64,000 bases of DNA. Origin: Eledone cirrhosa. Its lineage: Eukaryota. Both the position numbers and the translations under genes were made by a program. The notes under the pieces were generated by a model. That model made no database searches. It had not been told where the DNA came from and worked only from the letters and a program-made list of their open reading frames with translations. This document shows positions 12,160 to 23,267 of this stretch, piece by piece. The stretch lies in assembly GCA_964016885.1 (NCBI GenBank), contig OZ024741.1, positions 133,176,001-133,240,000 of the forward strand. The letters are read 5' to 3'. Position 1 is the first letter of the stretch, and every line of letters starts with the position of its first letter.

Positions 12160-15100
12160 TCAGCAGTTTATATGTTTCTCTTACCATCTCTTTCACAAAA
12201 CCACCGCCTCGGCTATCACTCCTTAAGTTTAGACCTGGTTGCCTTTGATATGCTAGATGGACTATAGAATTTGGAGAGTCTGAAGAATCTGAACACTCAA
12301 ATGACAATGTCAAAGATAAAGATAAATTCACCTCATGTTGCCAGACGAAAATGCAAGGATTCCTCTTTATTTCAGACGCGGATGGAAAACATAACCACAT
12401 CTCCCTCACCCCTCCCTGCACCTCCAACCCATCCCTTCCACCCACCAAACAAAATCCAAAACTTCAGAGTTGGTACCATGAATGTAGGCACTTTAATAGG
12501 TCGCTCTAACGAAGTTGTAGAGATGCTTGATCATAAGGAAGTTGATGCTAGTTTCGTCCAAGAGACTAGGTGGAGGGGTGGGTCTGCTAGATTCATTGTG
12601 GGTAAAAGATGATGCTATAAACTTTTCTGGGTGGGAAATGAAAAAGGGCCAGGTGGAGTAGAAATTATGTTAGCAGAAAAATGGGTTGATAAGGTAATTG
12701 ACGTAAATAGAGTGAACGACAGAATAATTAAAATAAGACTTGTCCTAAATAGAACTACTGTGACAATAATATCCGCTTACGCACCCCAATCTGGACTGCC
12801 TGGCATTATAAAAGACAGATTCTATGAGTCGCTAATGCTCACTACCTCCCAACTAACCAACAGTGACTACATAATTATTGCTGACGACCTAAATGGTCAT
12901 GTTGGACAACATTGTGACGGCTATGACGGAATCCATGGAGGCTATGGGTTTGGTACTAGAAATGAGGAAGGATTCAGAATCCTGGAATTCTGTGATGCTA
13001 ATAACCTAAATATCTGTAACACAAACTTCAAAAAAATGAGACAATCACTTGATCACCTTTAGATCAGGGAGACACGCCAGTCAGATAGATTATATCCTTA
13101 CCAGAAGACGTGACAAAGTATCTGTTGTAAACACTAAATCCCTCCCCCGCGAAGAATGCACCTCCCAACATGACCTCATAGTCAGGACGAGACGTACTTG
13201 ACAACAGTGGAGGACTACTCTGAGAAGAAGAATATGGAAGTTAAAAGACCCCACAGCCAGTAACAAATTTAAAAACATATTACTTGATGCTTTTGACAGT
13301 AAGGAAGAGCAATTAGAGATGTACAATATAGAGGAACAGTGGGAATTCCTGAAAGTTAACCTGCTGAAGGCGACAGATGAAATCTGTGGCTGGAGCAAAC
13401 CTATAGGCAGGAGGAGAGTAACATGGTGGTGGAACAGTAAAGTGGAGGAGTCAATCAAGGCCAAAAAGCAAGCTTAGAAAGTATGGCGTAATGGGGGTAG
13501 TAGAGAACACTATCAAGTGGCCAGGAGGGAAGCTAGGAGACAAGTGTACTTTGCAAGAAGGGAAGCAGAGGAAAGAAAGTTCAAGCATGTTCTACAACGC
13601 GAGGACCAAAAACGTGAGGTGTTCAGGATTGCAAGACAATGTGTCAAGGAAAACCGTGATATTGTTGGGGAGAAGTGTGTCCGTAATGATGATGGTATAC
13701 TTGCCATCACTGATGCTGATAAGAAGGTAGCTTGGAAGTGTCCCTACGAGAGGCTACTAAATGAAGAGAATAAGTGGGAAAAAGATAGTCTGCCCCAAAT
13801 CGATCCAATAGAGGGACCAGCAGTGCAAGTTGAATGTAGTCTAATAAGTAAGACAATCAAAGATATGAAGACAGGCAAAGCAGCTGGGCCTTCGGAGATA
13901 GTTGCTGAAATGCTGAAAGCATCTGGATTGGTGGGACACACTATGGTCACCTGGATAGTAAACCAAGTCATACAAAATGGGGTCATACCAAATGACTGGC
14001 GTAGCAGCAGCATCATCAACTGCTACAAGGGTAAAGGAGATGCCCTAGATAGGGGAAACTATAGAGGCATTAAATTAATTGACCAGGTCATAAAGGTCAC
14101 AGAAAGAGTTATAGCGTTATAGAGTTATAGAAAACTAGGTGTTGATGAATGGCTTGTGAGAGCTATACAAGCCATGTATAAAGAAACAGTCAGCAAGGTT
14201 AGAGTTAACAACGAATGTAGTGAAGAATTTAGCGTAAAAGTTGGTGTTCATCGGGGCTCTGTCCTTAGCCCCCTCCTATTTATTATTGCCCTTCAGGCTA
14301 TAACAGAGGAGTTCAAGATCGGCTGCCCATGGGAACTTCTATATGCAGATGATCTAACGCTCATAGCTGAATCAATGGCTGAACTAGAGAAGAAATTCCA
14401 AACATGGAAGCATGGCCTAGAATCAAAAGGCCTTAAAATTAACTTGTCTAAGACTAAAGTTCTAACATATAGGAAGGAAAATAGGGCACTGATCCCCTCT
14501 GGGAAATGGCCATGCTTAGTGTGTAGGAAAGGAGTAGGCAAAAACTCCATTTTATGTCCCAAATGCAAAGTATGGGTGCATAAAAAATGTAGTGGGATCA
14601 CAGGTAAGCTAACTAAGAACATAGATTTTATATGTGGCCGGTGCTCAGGTGCAATAAGTAGTAGCAAGTGCCCACAGGATACTAGCTCCTTCTATTGCCC
14701 AGATGGCTCTATAGAAATAGTGGACACCTTCCGTTACCTGGGTGACAAAATCAGCAGTGGTGGAGGGTGCTCTGAAAGTACAGTAACCAGAGTCAGAACG
14801 GGATGGAAAAAGTTCAGAGAGCTTATACCACTATTGGCCGCTAAAGGTTTCTCTCTAAAAATGAAAGGCAGACTGTATGATGCCTGCATACGAACAACAA
14901 TGTTACATGGCAGTGAGACATGGGCATTGTGTGCAGAGAATATGCACAGACTAGAGAGGAACGAAGCTTGCATGCTCCGTTGGATGTGTAATAGTAATAT
15001 ACGTGAACGGCAAAGCATAAATGAACTAAGTGAGAAATTAGGATTAAGAGGGATCAGATGCTGTTTACTGGAGAGAAGACTATGTTGGTATGGTCACATG

Positions 15101-15698
15101 ATGCGCATGAAAGACAACAGCTGTATAAAAAGTGCAGGGGGATCAAAATTGATGGAAGCTATGGAGTAGGCAGACCCAGAAAAACCTGGGACGATTTGAT
15201 AAATTCCGACCTTACACACTTACACCTCTCCAAGACAATGTCACTGGACCGAGATCTTTGGTGCTATGCAGTAATACAGAAGACCCGCCTTGCCTAAGTA
15301 CAAAGCGAAATCTACAGTCAGTAGGCACTGTTATCCAAAAATACACCCCCATCCCACTACCCCTACCCCCACCCGCATCTACACCACCCCTGTCTCTGTA
15401 AAGTTATGTTGGTACCACAACATCCAGTCCTAAATAAATGAGGTCATGTAGGTGTCACGATAAAAAAACACACACAGTCCACGCTGTAATGTGGCCGTGT
15501 AGGTAACATGGTAAAAACCTCCCAGTCCACACTGTAAACGTGGCTGGTGTTAGGAAGGGCATCCAGCCGTAGAAAACCTGCCAGACAGTCCTATACAAGC
15601 AAGACAACCAATCTTGCTTCAAGTGGGACAATTCCCGTCTAAACCCATGCTAGCGTGGAAGATAGACGTTAAACGATGATGATGATGATGATGATGAT
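12160..15698 (+). mobile_element. Near full-length PHD-RTE LINE, inactivated
   Basis: APE (VGTMNVGTL, VQETRW, SAYAPQ, DLNGH), RT (NYRGIKL, GSVLSPLLF, LLYADD), PHD, (GAT)n tail; several stops/frameshifts and an internal deletion at ~14120. Confidence 0.95.
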
Positions 15699-16049
15699 AT
15701 GTATATGTGTATATATATGTATATGTGTATACATATATATATGCATGTATGTGTATGGGTGCGTGTATATGTGAGTATATTATATATATATATAAGTATA
15801 TTTGTGTGTGCATATGTATATGTATGCGTATGTATGTGTCGGTGCATACTTATGCACTGGCTTAAATCTTAACTATTATTTACTTTTACTATTTTAATAA
15901 CCTCTGTCATTTCCGTTTGACAGCTTTATTTACATTATTCTTAAACTCCAGAGCTGAGAATCATCCAGTTATTCTAAATAGAATATTAGATATCCATTCT
16001 GACTTTTTCACCAATTAAGCTTTTTCTGGTACAACTGTCTTATGAAATG

Positions 16050-16229
16050 GTTTGGTTTTTCTCTTATAGAGGGCGGAGTAGACACAAATTTGAAAATGTA
16101 ATGAGTTTGTACGAAGGTCAGGAGCATAACGCATGTTTGTGCCAAATTTGAAAAAAATCGGTTCCAAGTTGTAGAAGTTATGCGGAAACAGACACACACA
16201 GACACACAGTCTATTTTTTATATATAGAT
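16050..16229 (+). mobile_element. Possible non-autonomous Helitron-like (DINE/Lep1-type) end
   Basis: gccaaatttg..aaatcggttc..gaagttatgcgg + (CAGA/CA)n + ttttatatatatagat architecture; a related segment lies at ~59585-59745. Confidence 0.4.
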
Positions 16230-17043
16230 TGTATATAAGTCATACCTTTTTCTTTAAAAATACTGAACCAAGAATGATGATGATTTGTATACATATATAT
16301 CGCCTGTTTCAAGTTCCAGCAGAGAGCAGTGGAAGCACTGTCCTGATGCCCCCTGCTGCTTCTGTTGGAACCCGCTAGACGGCGCTAGCCGTCAGCCTTT
16401 CAATATTCATAGCTAGGCTTTCAAAATGTTTATTTATTAAACATACCGTATATCTTTAGATATACAGAATTCACATATTTGTGTGTGTGTGTGTGTGTGT
16501 GTGTGTTGTAAACTTAATCCTTCACCAAGTTAAACAGCAACAATGAAATTTTTATGTTTGGAGTAAAAGGAGAGAAATAGGTGAAAGAAAAAAAAGATCA
16601 CCTTTCCTTCTCTTCTCAGATTTCTACAAGGGAAATATTTTTTTTTTTTAAAGAAATTATAAAGCAAATCAGTCTGCCATAAGCAATAATCAGAAAACAT
16701 TCCTATTCATTTATTAGAAAATATCAAATATTATTGATTAACAATGTTTCATGCAGGAGCAATGCAAAAATTCTCATTAAATATTTCATCCATTTTGTCT
16801 GTACAGAAATCAATCAAGCAACAACTTAGCTAAATTTTTGATATTCTTTATGGTTGGAGGGAATAAGTATAATACCATTTTTTATGGCTTAGTCAGAAGA
16901 AAGGATTAATGCTCATTAGCTGTATAGCCCCAAGACTAGTGAGATTGACAGAGCTGATATTTCAGTCTCCTCCTCAATATCTGTAAATCCCCATCTGCAG
17001 CAAATAAAGCCTGGAATTTGTTTAAACTATGCCAGAGTATATC

Positions 17044-17100
<57 letters not shown>

Positions 17101-17131
17101 AAATAGACATATACATATATATATATGTATA

Positions 17132-17190
<59 letters not shown>

Positions 17191-17199
17191 TTTTCTTTA

Positions 17200-17365
17200 A
17201 CTCTTTTATTCTTTTACTTATTTTGGTCAGTAGACTATGGCCATGCTCAAGCACTGCCTTGATTTAGTCCATCATATCAACGCAAGTACTTACTTTTCAA
17301 ACCTGGTACTTATTTTATCAATCTTTCTTTTGTCAAACTACTAAGTTATGGGATATAAACACAGA
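17200..17365 (-). mobile_element. SINE 3' fragment
   Basis: Contains ctggtacttattttatcaat, the reverse complement of the central SINE motif gataaaataaagtaccag seen at 53153. Confidence 0.55.
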
Positions 17366-17610
17366 GAAACACAAACATAAACACAAACATGGACACACAC
17401 ACACATATACGGAAGCCTGGATCAAATGAACTTCATCAGTCGATGTTCATAAGCATAAAAACTATAAGCTTTTAGCTTATTTCATCTTAGTATCCAAGAA
17501 GAGTAAGCCCTTCTGACGATGTTCGATAAACTAAAACTGTGCCATCAGGGTGTTCTCAATTAGTTGCTAAGAATAACAGTGGTATATCCAATAAGCATTG
17601 TAGAGAAGTT

Positions 17611-17659
17611 ATAATAATAATAAGGAAATTATTGTGTATAGTGCTCAGGTCACTACAAC
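17611..17659 (-). mobile_element. Extreme 3' tail of the CR1 family
   Basis: ataataataataaggaaattattgtgtatagtgctcagg corresponds to the reverse complement of 22988-23030. Confidence 0.8.
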
Positions 17660-18560
17660 AGAACTAGTCTGTTAGATCCTTGATACCTGCTCTTTCGCTG
17701 TCAGGGTCAACTGGTACTGCTTCTCTCAAGCAACAGTATAAGTTACCTTTCTCTTCTTTTGTGCTGCTTTGAAATTTTGATGTTACTCTTCTTGTCATCT
17801 GTTCCAAAGTGTTCTCTTACTAGATTGTATGTCATTAATATGAGGATATTTACTTTCCACTCAACCATATCTGTGTGTGTTGCTTCTAATATTTTATCAG
17901 AGTCTAGATATAATTGGTGCCTTTGCTTGGTATCACTTATTTAGGGTCATTTGATGTGTTCTTTCAAAGAGTAGGATTGGCTTTCAGGAGTGACATTATG
18001 TTAGTTCCTCCTGAGGATTTGATGGGACACTTATTTAGAGTTCTCTAGTTCTGAGGAGTGGAATTCTTACCTGGAGTTTGCCTGCATCTTACCAGGTTCT
18101 ACCACTGTGTGCTGCACCCATAAATCCTCTTTTCCACATTTGGTCCTGGCTAGGTGCATTTTAAGCCCTTTTGTCTTACAGATCTTTCCATCATGACAAT
18201 TTACTTGCAATATCACCCCAGTTTGGGTTAGACATCTCTGTGTCCATAATTCATTCCTGGTCATTATCAGTGTATCTGTCACCTTGAGTCTCTCTCACCT
18301 CCTCCTGGGAGACTCTGGGGGTAGTATCTGCTTGTGATTTTCATAAATTGGTTGGTGCCGTCTTGTGGATTCTATGTATAAAGTTGTTGGCCTCCTACAC
18401 CCATACCAGTCTTTCCTGAAGGTCATTTATCTTTCCAGAGTCACCAAACTTCTTCAGTTGCCATCCAGACTTTCCTGGAAGTCACTGGCCATCAACAGAG
18501 TGAGTTGATACTCAAATTAAGCTACAGACCACAAGGATGAGCCGGGAACCTGCAACTCAC
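17660..18560 (-). mobile_element. Degraded 5' part of an RLE-type (HERO/R2-group-like) non-LTR element
   Basis: C.DGKICK.KGLKMHLARTKC zinc-finger-like N-terminal motif (18067-18282); otherwise heavily decayed. Confidence 0.45.
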
Positions 18561-18864
18561 TTACTGGCCTACCTGAGTACTCAAACACACCCCAGTAACA
18601 TAGAATTTGCTTACATCTGATCCCATGCTCAACAAAAAAAAAAAAAAAAAAAAACGTTATCCGCTGTTAATAAACAACTGCCTTCTACAGTACGTTTCAT
18701 TTAACTTACGCAGCATATTTATTTGTTTACATGCACAGACTCTTCTACACACACACAACATTTAGGAAAACGGAAACAAAATACACAAAAAAAGCAGACA
18801 TGTTATTTCTATCGTAATCAAGTGTGCTAAACCTATATTGTTTACATTCTGTGTTTTTCTACGG

Positions 18865-20097
18865 ATGGGTAGAAATAACAAAATTGCCATGGTGATATCC
18901 ATCGATGAAATTTGCGACAAAACTGGTCGATGTCCAAAAATAGAACATTGCCCGGAAGATCACACCTGCCATATCTGTACGGAACCCGAAAACTCGTTCC
19001 GTAATCGTTGGGTCGAATGTGGAACCTGTCGCATCTCTGTCTGCCTTCAATGCGCCACAGGCTTCCGGAAGATCCCAGGCCAAAATAAGAAACATCACAT
19101 TGCTACGATGGATAGACTCTGGGAGATGGTCCAGCTAACAAACTGGTCCTTTCAGTGCCTGGACTGTATGCCTGCTTCTCCCATTGCTGCGGAACAACAA
19201 CAAATACCGAAGATCGTGTCTTCTACCATTGTTCCTGAACAACAACAACAAAAACCGAGGATCGTGTCTTCCTCTACCATTGTCGCTGAACAACAGCAAA
19301 AACCAACGACCGTAGCTTCTGCTACTACCCCCGTTGAAGGACTTCATCAACAACAGCAACCCATGTCTTCCTCACCCGTTACTTTTCAACAACAACAACC
19401 GACGACTGTGTCTTCTCCTACCATGCCTGTTAAAGGAGAAGAACAACAACAAAAACCGACCGTCAATACGGAGTTTGAGGAAATACGGCAAATGATTTCC
19501 GCTTTAAGTCAAGAAATAGCGGAAATAAAATCAAGCGTTCGTGTAGAACCCCACAATGAGGGATCTTACCGGAGTGCCTTGTTAAAAAATCTCCGCGTAC
19601 CTCATGTTGAACCTAGACGCATTGAGAATGCCACTGAATCTGCAAACCACGAAGTGATTGCCATTGGTGTGCCGGAAGACATAGTTGATCTTCAGGCATT
19701 TGCTGCCAGTTCATCCAAAGACTTGGGCTGTGCTCCCGCAAAGGGTGCTCTACGCCTTGGCCGACCAGGCCCGAAACCCAGGTTAATTAGACTGTCGTTT
19801 TCAAACTCGGCTGAGGCACGTTCATACCTTGTAGCCTCTGATAAAGCTAGGCGTGAAAGTCGGATTGCTTTCCGAACACGTCCTGGTCTTCCACCTGATG
19901 TCCGCCCAAAGTTGCGTGCTGCAGCTTCCCTAAACCGCAGCTCGGCAGAACATGAAAGCTTCAGCCTACGAGATGATGGGCAGATATGGAGGTTTGTTAA
20001 GGCTGGCGAATCATGGAAAAGAGACACCAGCTGGTCTGAAAACAGTGTACCCACAACAACTGACAATAAAGAAACTGAAAAAACTCTGGGAAACTAA
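18865..20097 (+). CDS. CR1 ORF1p: PHD-like Zn finger, Gln-rich repeats, coiled coil, RRM-like domain
   Basis: First ATG at 18865; C-x2-C-x13-C-x2-C-x4-C-x2-C-x34-C-x2-C; EFEEIRQMISALSQEIAEIK; VIAIGVPE...LRLGRPGPKPRLIRLSF. Confidence 0.88.
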   Translation: MGRNNKIAMVISIDEICDKTGRCPKIEHCPEDHTCHICTEPENSFRNRWVECGTCRISVCLQCATGFRKIPGQNKKHHIATMDRLWEMVQLTNWSFQCLDCMPASPIAAEQQQIPKIVSSTIVPEQQQQKPRIVSSSTIVAEQQQKPTTVASATTPVEGLHQQQQPMSSSPVTFQQQQPTTVSSPTMPVKGEEQQQKPTVNTEFEEIRQMISALSQEIAEIKSSVRVEPHNEGSYRSALLKNLRVPHVEPRRIENATESANHEVIAIGVPEDIVDLQAFAASSSKDLGCAPAKGALRLGRPGPKPRLIRLSFSNSAEARSYLVASDKARRESRIAFRTRPGLPPDVRPKLRAAASLNRSSAEHESFSLRDDGQIWRFVKAGESWKRDTSWSENSVPTTTDNKETEKTLGN

Positions 20098-22916
20098 ATC
20101 AGAACAACCTGCCATCCCCTGCACATAATCATAGACTGGAATCAAAGTACAAACTGTTGTCCTTGAATGCACGTAGTCTATGCAATAAGATTCATCTTTT
20201 TGACTCCTACGTCAAAAGTATCAACCCGGACTTCATTACAGTCACGGAAACTTGGGCACATCCCTTACTCTGTGATGGGGTTTTCAGCATGACTGGCTAC
20301 AACCTGTTTCGTAAAGACCGTATTAATCGTCGTGGTGGTGGTGTAATGGTCTACGTTCGGTCAAATCTGTCGGCAATTCCTTGTGCTGATTTGAACCAAT
20401 CACAGCAGGAAGTTTTTTTCTGCGATATACGTATGACCATGTCAACACTGCTACTTGGAGTCGTTTACCGTCCCCCAAATTACCATCAGGACACTCAACT
20501 TTGTGATATCCTCAGAGCTGCTGCCAGGAGGACAGCCACTTATGTTTTCATTGCAGGTGACTTCAATCACCCTGAGATTGACTGGGAGACCTTTCGTTGG
20601 CCGCCAAGTGCAAATGACTTCCTTGAGCTGGTGCTGGACTCGAGTTGGTCCCAGGTGGTCACCTCCCCAACGAGAGGTGACAACACTTTGGACCTACTCT
20701 TCACCACTACTCCTGAAACGGTCATTAGTGTTACTGCTGAGGAACCTTTAGGTGACTCTGATCATGCTATGATCATTGCCAATCTATCCCTCATGGGCAG
20801 TAACAAGAACCACAACCATCTCCAAACTGCTCACTTTGACTGGAATAAAGCAGACTGGAACTGTTACTGCACCGAGTTGCAACGGCCAAACTGGCTTGAG
20901 TTCTATGACTCTGGAGATGTCAACACTGTACTCCAGAACATCCTGAGCTCAATATGGACAGCATGTGCAGCATCGGTGCCACGTAAGCGGAAAAAACATC
21001 CTAAAAGCGCAATTTGGGAGACTGCAGCAGTCCGTCTTGCCAGAAAAGAACGGCGCAATGCTGAACGTGAGTACAAACTTCACAAATCAGACATTAATAG
21101 GAAGAGGCGAAATAGATCGTCCAACCACCTCAAACAGGTGACAAAAAAGGCAGTGCTTCAATTTGAGCAGCGCATAGCAACCAGCCCTGACAGTAAGGTG
21201 TTCTGGAAGTATGTTCACTCAAAGCAGAGGCCTCACTCTCCAGTTGGTCCTCTTCGCAATCCCCACACAAGCCAGGTTACTGACGACCCCAAGGAATGCG
21301 CAGAGCTCATTGCTGAATGCTATGCAGGCATTTTCACCATTGAAGACCAGAGTGTACCATCTCCACCACCTATGACACCGGACTCTATTACAACCATGGA
21401 ATTTACACCTGCAATGCTGCGACGTCACCTAAAAAATAAACGCAACCATGCCTCTCCTGGTCTTGATGGTGTTACGTACCTGCTTCTTAAACGTGGTGGG
21501 TACTTCCTTCTACACCAGTTATCACGCTTCTTCCAATTCTGTCTGAACAACAGTGCTACTCCAGAACAGTGGAAAACTGCCAGTGTAATTCCTCTGTTCA
21601 AAAAGGGTGACCGCACATCACCTGTGAACTATCGTCCAGTCAGTCTTACTAGTTGCATCGCCAAACTGATGGAATCCTGTGTCAGAGAAACACTTTGGAA
21701 CTTCTGGAGCTCTCAAAGTCTTATCCGGCCCTCGCAATTTGGATTTATCCCCAACTCCAGCTGCTGTGATCAACTTATAGAGTTTCTTGAGGACATCACC
21801 CGGATCACTGATGGCGGCTCATGGGTGGATGTTGTTTACCTTGACTTTGCGAAGGCCTTCAATTCTGTGCCGCACAAAAGGCTTATGGCAAAACTCTCTG
21901 CAATGGGTGTGAAGGATGATCTTTTTAACTGGTTGAAGTCCTTCATTCTCAGTCGAAGAGAGGTAGTCACGGTTCTGGGACAGCATTCCTCACCATATGA
22001 GATGTCATCTGGTGTACCACAGGGATCTGTTCTTGGCCCCCTTTTGTTTGTGGCATATATTAATGACATAGATGCCAACTTAAGGAATGCCACAGTACTA
22101 AAGTACGCAGACGACATCAAGCTGTACCTTGAGATAAAAAGGACAGATCCTGAACACTATAGATCTTGCTTGCAGTCTGACCTGGACACAATGCAACAGT
22201 GGATCTCAGACTGGCAACTCAAGCTAGCTGTGGACAAGTGCACCACCATGCATTTTGGGAGTAAAAACCCAGCGTCCACATACTCCCTCCACAGCACTAA
22301 TATCAAGAAGTCTTCCTGTGAACGTGACCTGGGCATTACGGTCAGCAGCGATTTGCGTTGGACGAGGCACGTCTCTAAAATTGTCAAGAGGGCCGAGGGT
22401 GTCTTAGCATCACTCAGCAAGACCTTTGTCAGCCGCTCTCCAGATATCTATTTAAGGCTGTATACAGCTATGGTGCGACCACACTTAGAATTTGCATCAC
22501 CAATCTGGAACCCCTATCTTGCTCAGGACATTGACCGCCTGGAAACTGTTCAGAGACGTGCAACCAAGCGAATACCCTCCATCAGGCATCTACCATACTC
22601 TGAGCGCCTTGCTTCCCTGGGCATGGATTCATTGAAGCTCCGACGCCTGGCAACTGACTTGGTAAACACCCACAAAATTGTTAACCATGTTGCCAACAAC
22701 AACCCTGAGTGCCTTTTCGATTTCCATGTGTCTAACACACGTGGACATGCCCACAAAGTAAGAAAACAGCACAGTTCCCATGACTTTCGGAAACATTTTT
22801 TCACGCTCAGAGTTGCTGAAGCATGGAACAAACTACCTGCATCAGTTGTTAGCTGTCGAGACACTGCATCCTTTAAGGCCTCCATGCTTCCCGAGATCCG
22901 CCAACACTACAGCTAA
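20079..22916 (+). CDS. CR1 ORF2p: apurinic-like endonuclease + reverse transcriptase (open frame between stops, no N-terminal AUG)
   Basis: LNARS, TETW, YRPP, AGDFN, TLDLLF, SDH; NYRPVSL, QFGF, YLDFAKAF, GVPQGSVLGP, YADD, ERDLGI, TRGH. Frame opens after TGA at 20076; first in-frame ATG at 20289. Confidence 0.95.
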   Translation, partial: KNSGKLNQNNLPSPAHNHRLESKYKLLSLNARSLCNKIHLFDSYVKSINPDFITVTETWAHPLLCDGVFSMTGYNLFRKDRINRRGGGVMVYVRSNLSAIPCADLNQSQQEVFFCDIRMTMSTLLLGVVYRPPNYHQDTQLCDILRAAARRTATYVFIAGDFNHPEIDWETFRWPPSANDFLELVLDSSWSQVVTSPTRGDNTLDLLFTTTPETVISVTAEEPLGDSDHAMIIANLSLMGSNKNHNHLQTAHFDWNKADWNCYCTELQRPNWLEFYDSGDVNTVLQNILSSIWTACAASVPRKRKKHPKSAIWETAAVRLARKERRNAEREYKLHKSDINRKRRNRSSNHLKQVTKKAVLQFEQRIATSPDSKVFWKYVHSKQRPHSPVGPLRNPHTSQVTDDPKECAELIAECYAGIFTIEDQSVPSPPPMTPDSITTMEFTPAMLRRHLKNKRNHASPGLDGVTYLLLKRGGYFLLHQLSRFFQFCLNNSATPEQWKTASVIPLFKKGDRTSPVNYRPVSLTSCIAKLMESCVRETLWNFWSSQSLIRPSQFGFIPNSSCCDQLIEFLEDITRITDGGSWVDVVYLDFAKAFNSVPHKRLMAKLSAMGVKDDLFNWLKSFILSRREVVTVLGQHSSPYEMSSGVPQGSVLGPLLFVAYINDIDANLRNATVLKYADDIKLYLEIKRTDPEHYRSCLQSDLDTMQQWISDWQLKLAVDKCTTMHFGSKNPASTYSLHSTNIKKSSCERDLGITVSSDLRWTRHVSKIVKRAEGVLASLSKTFVSRSPDIYLRLYTAMVRPHLEFASPIWNPYLAQDIDRLETVQRRATKRIPSIRHLPYSERLASLGMDSLKLRRLATDLVNTHKIVNHVANNNPECLFDFHVSNTRGHAHKVRKQHSSHDFRKHFFTLRVAEAWNKLPASVVSCRDTASFKASMLPEIRQHYS
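20088..20097 (+). promoter_or_regulatory. Candidate -1 ribosomal frameshift site G_GGA_AAC + TAA
   Basis: X_XXY_YYZ heptamer in the ORF1 frame; a -1 slip enters the ORF2 frame. Confidence 0.6.
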
Positions 22917-23267
22917 CACATACAAACATGTACTTCCCTGGCATTTGTGTATTATTCTATGTACTATATTGACGAGTTGTAGTGCACCTGAGCACTTTAC
23001 ACAATAATTTCATTATTATTATTATTATTATAATACATTTGTTTGGCAGGTTTTCTATGGTTGGATGCCATCTCTGTCACCAACCACTTTACAGAGTAAA
23101 TTGGGTACATTTGTCATATAAATCACCAGCGCTAGGGAAGTTGTCATGTCAAGGGTACAGCTGAAGAGTCCTCCCAACCCTTTGTTTGACAGGTTTCCTG
23201 TGGCTGGATGCCATTCATATCACCAACCACTTTACAGAGTGAACTGTGTGGCCACTTATCATGTAAA

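Larger units (their letters stand above)
18655..23031 (+). mobile_element. Apparently intact full-length CR1-clade LINE (5' boundary uncertain)
   Basis: Two uninterrupted ORFs, short 3'UTR with a gtgc-acctga-gcac hairpin and (ATT)n tail; CpGs retained. Confidence 0.93.

Noticed and set aside
19692-20066. Antisense ORFs over LINE coding regions (here and over RTE copies)
   Set aside because: Shadow frames of the sense ORFs with no independent motifs
20078-20084. AAAAAAC as a second slippery site
   Set aside because: Not in X_XXY_YYZ register with the ORF1 codons (GAA AAA ACT)
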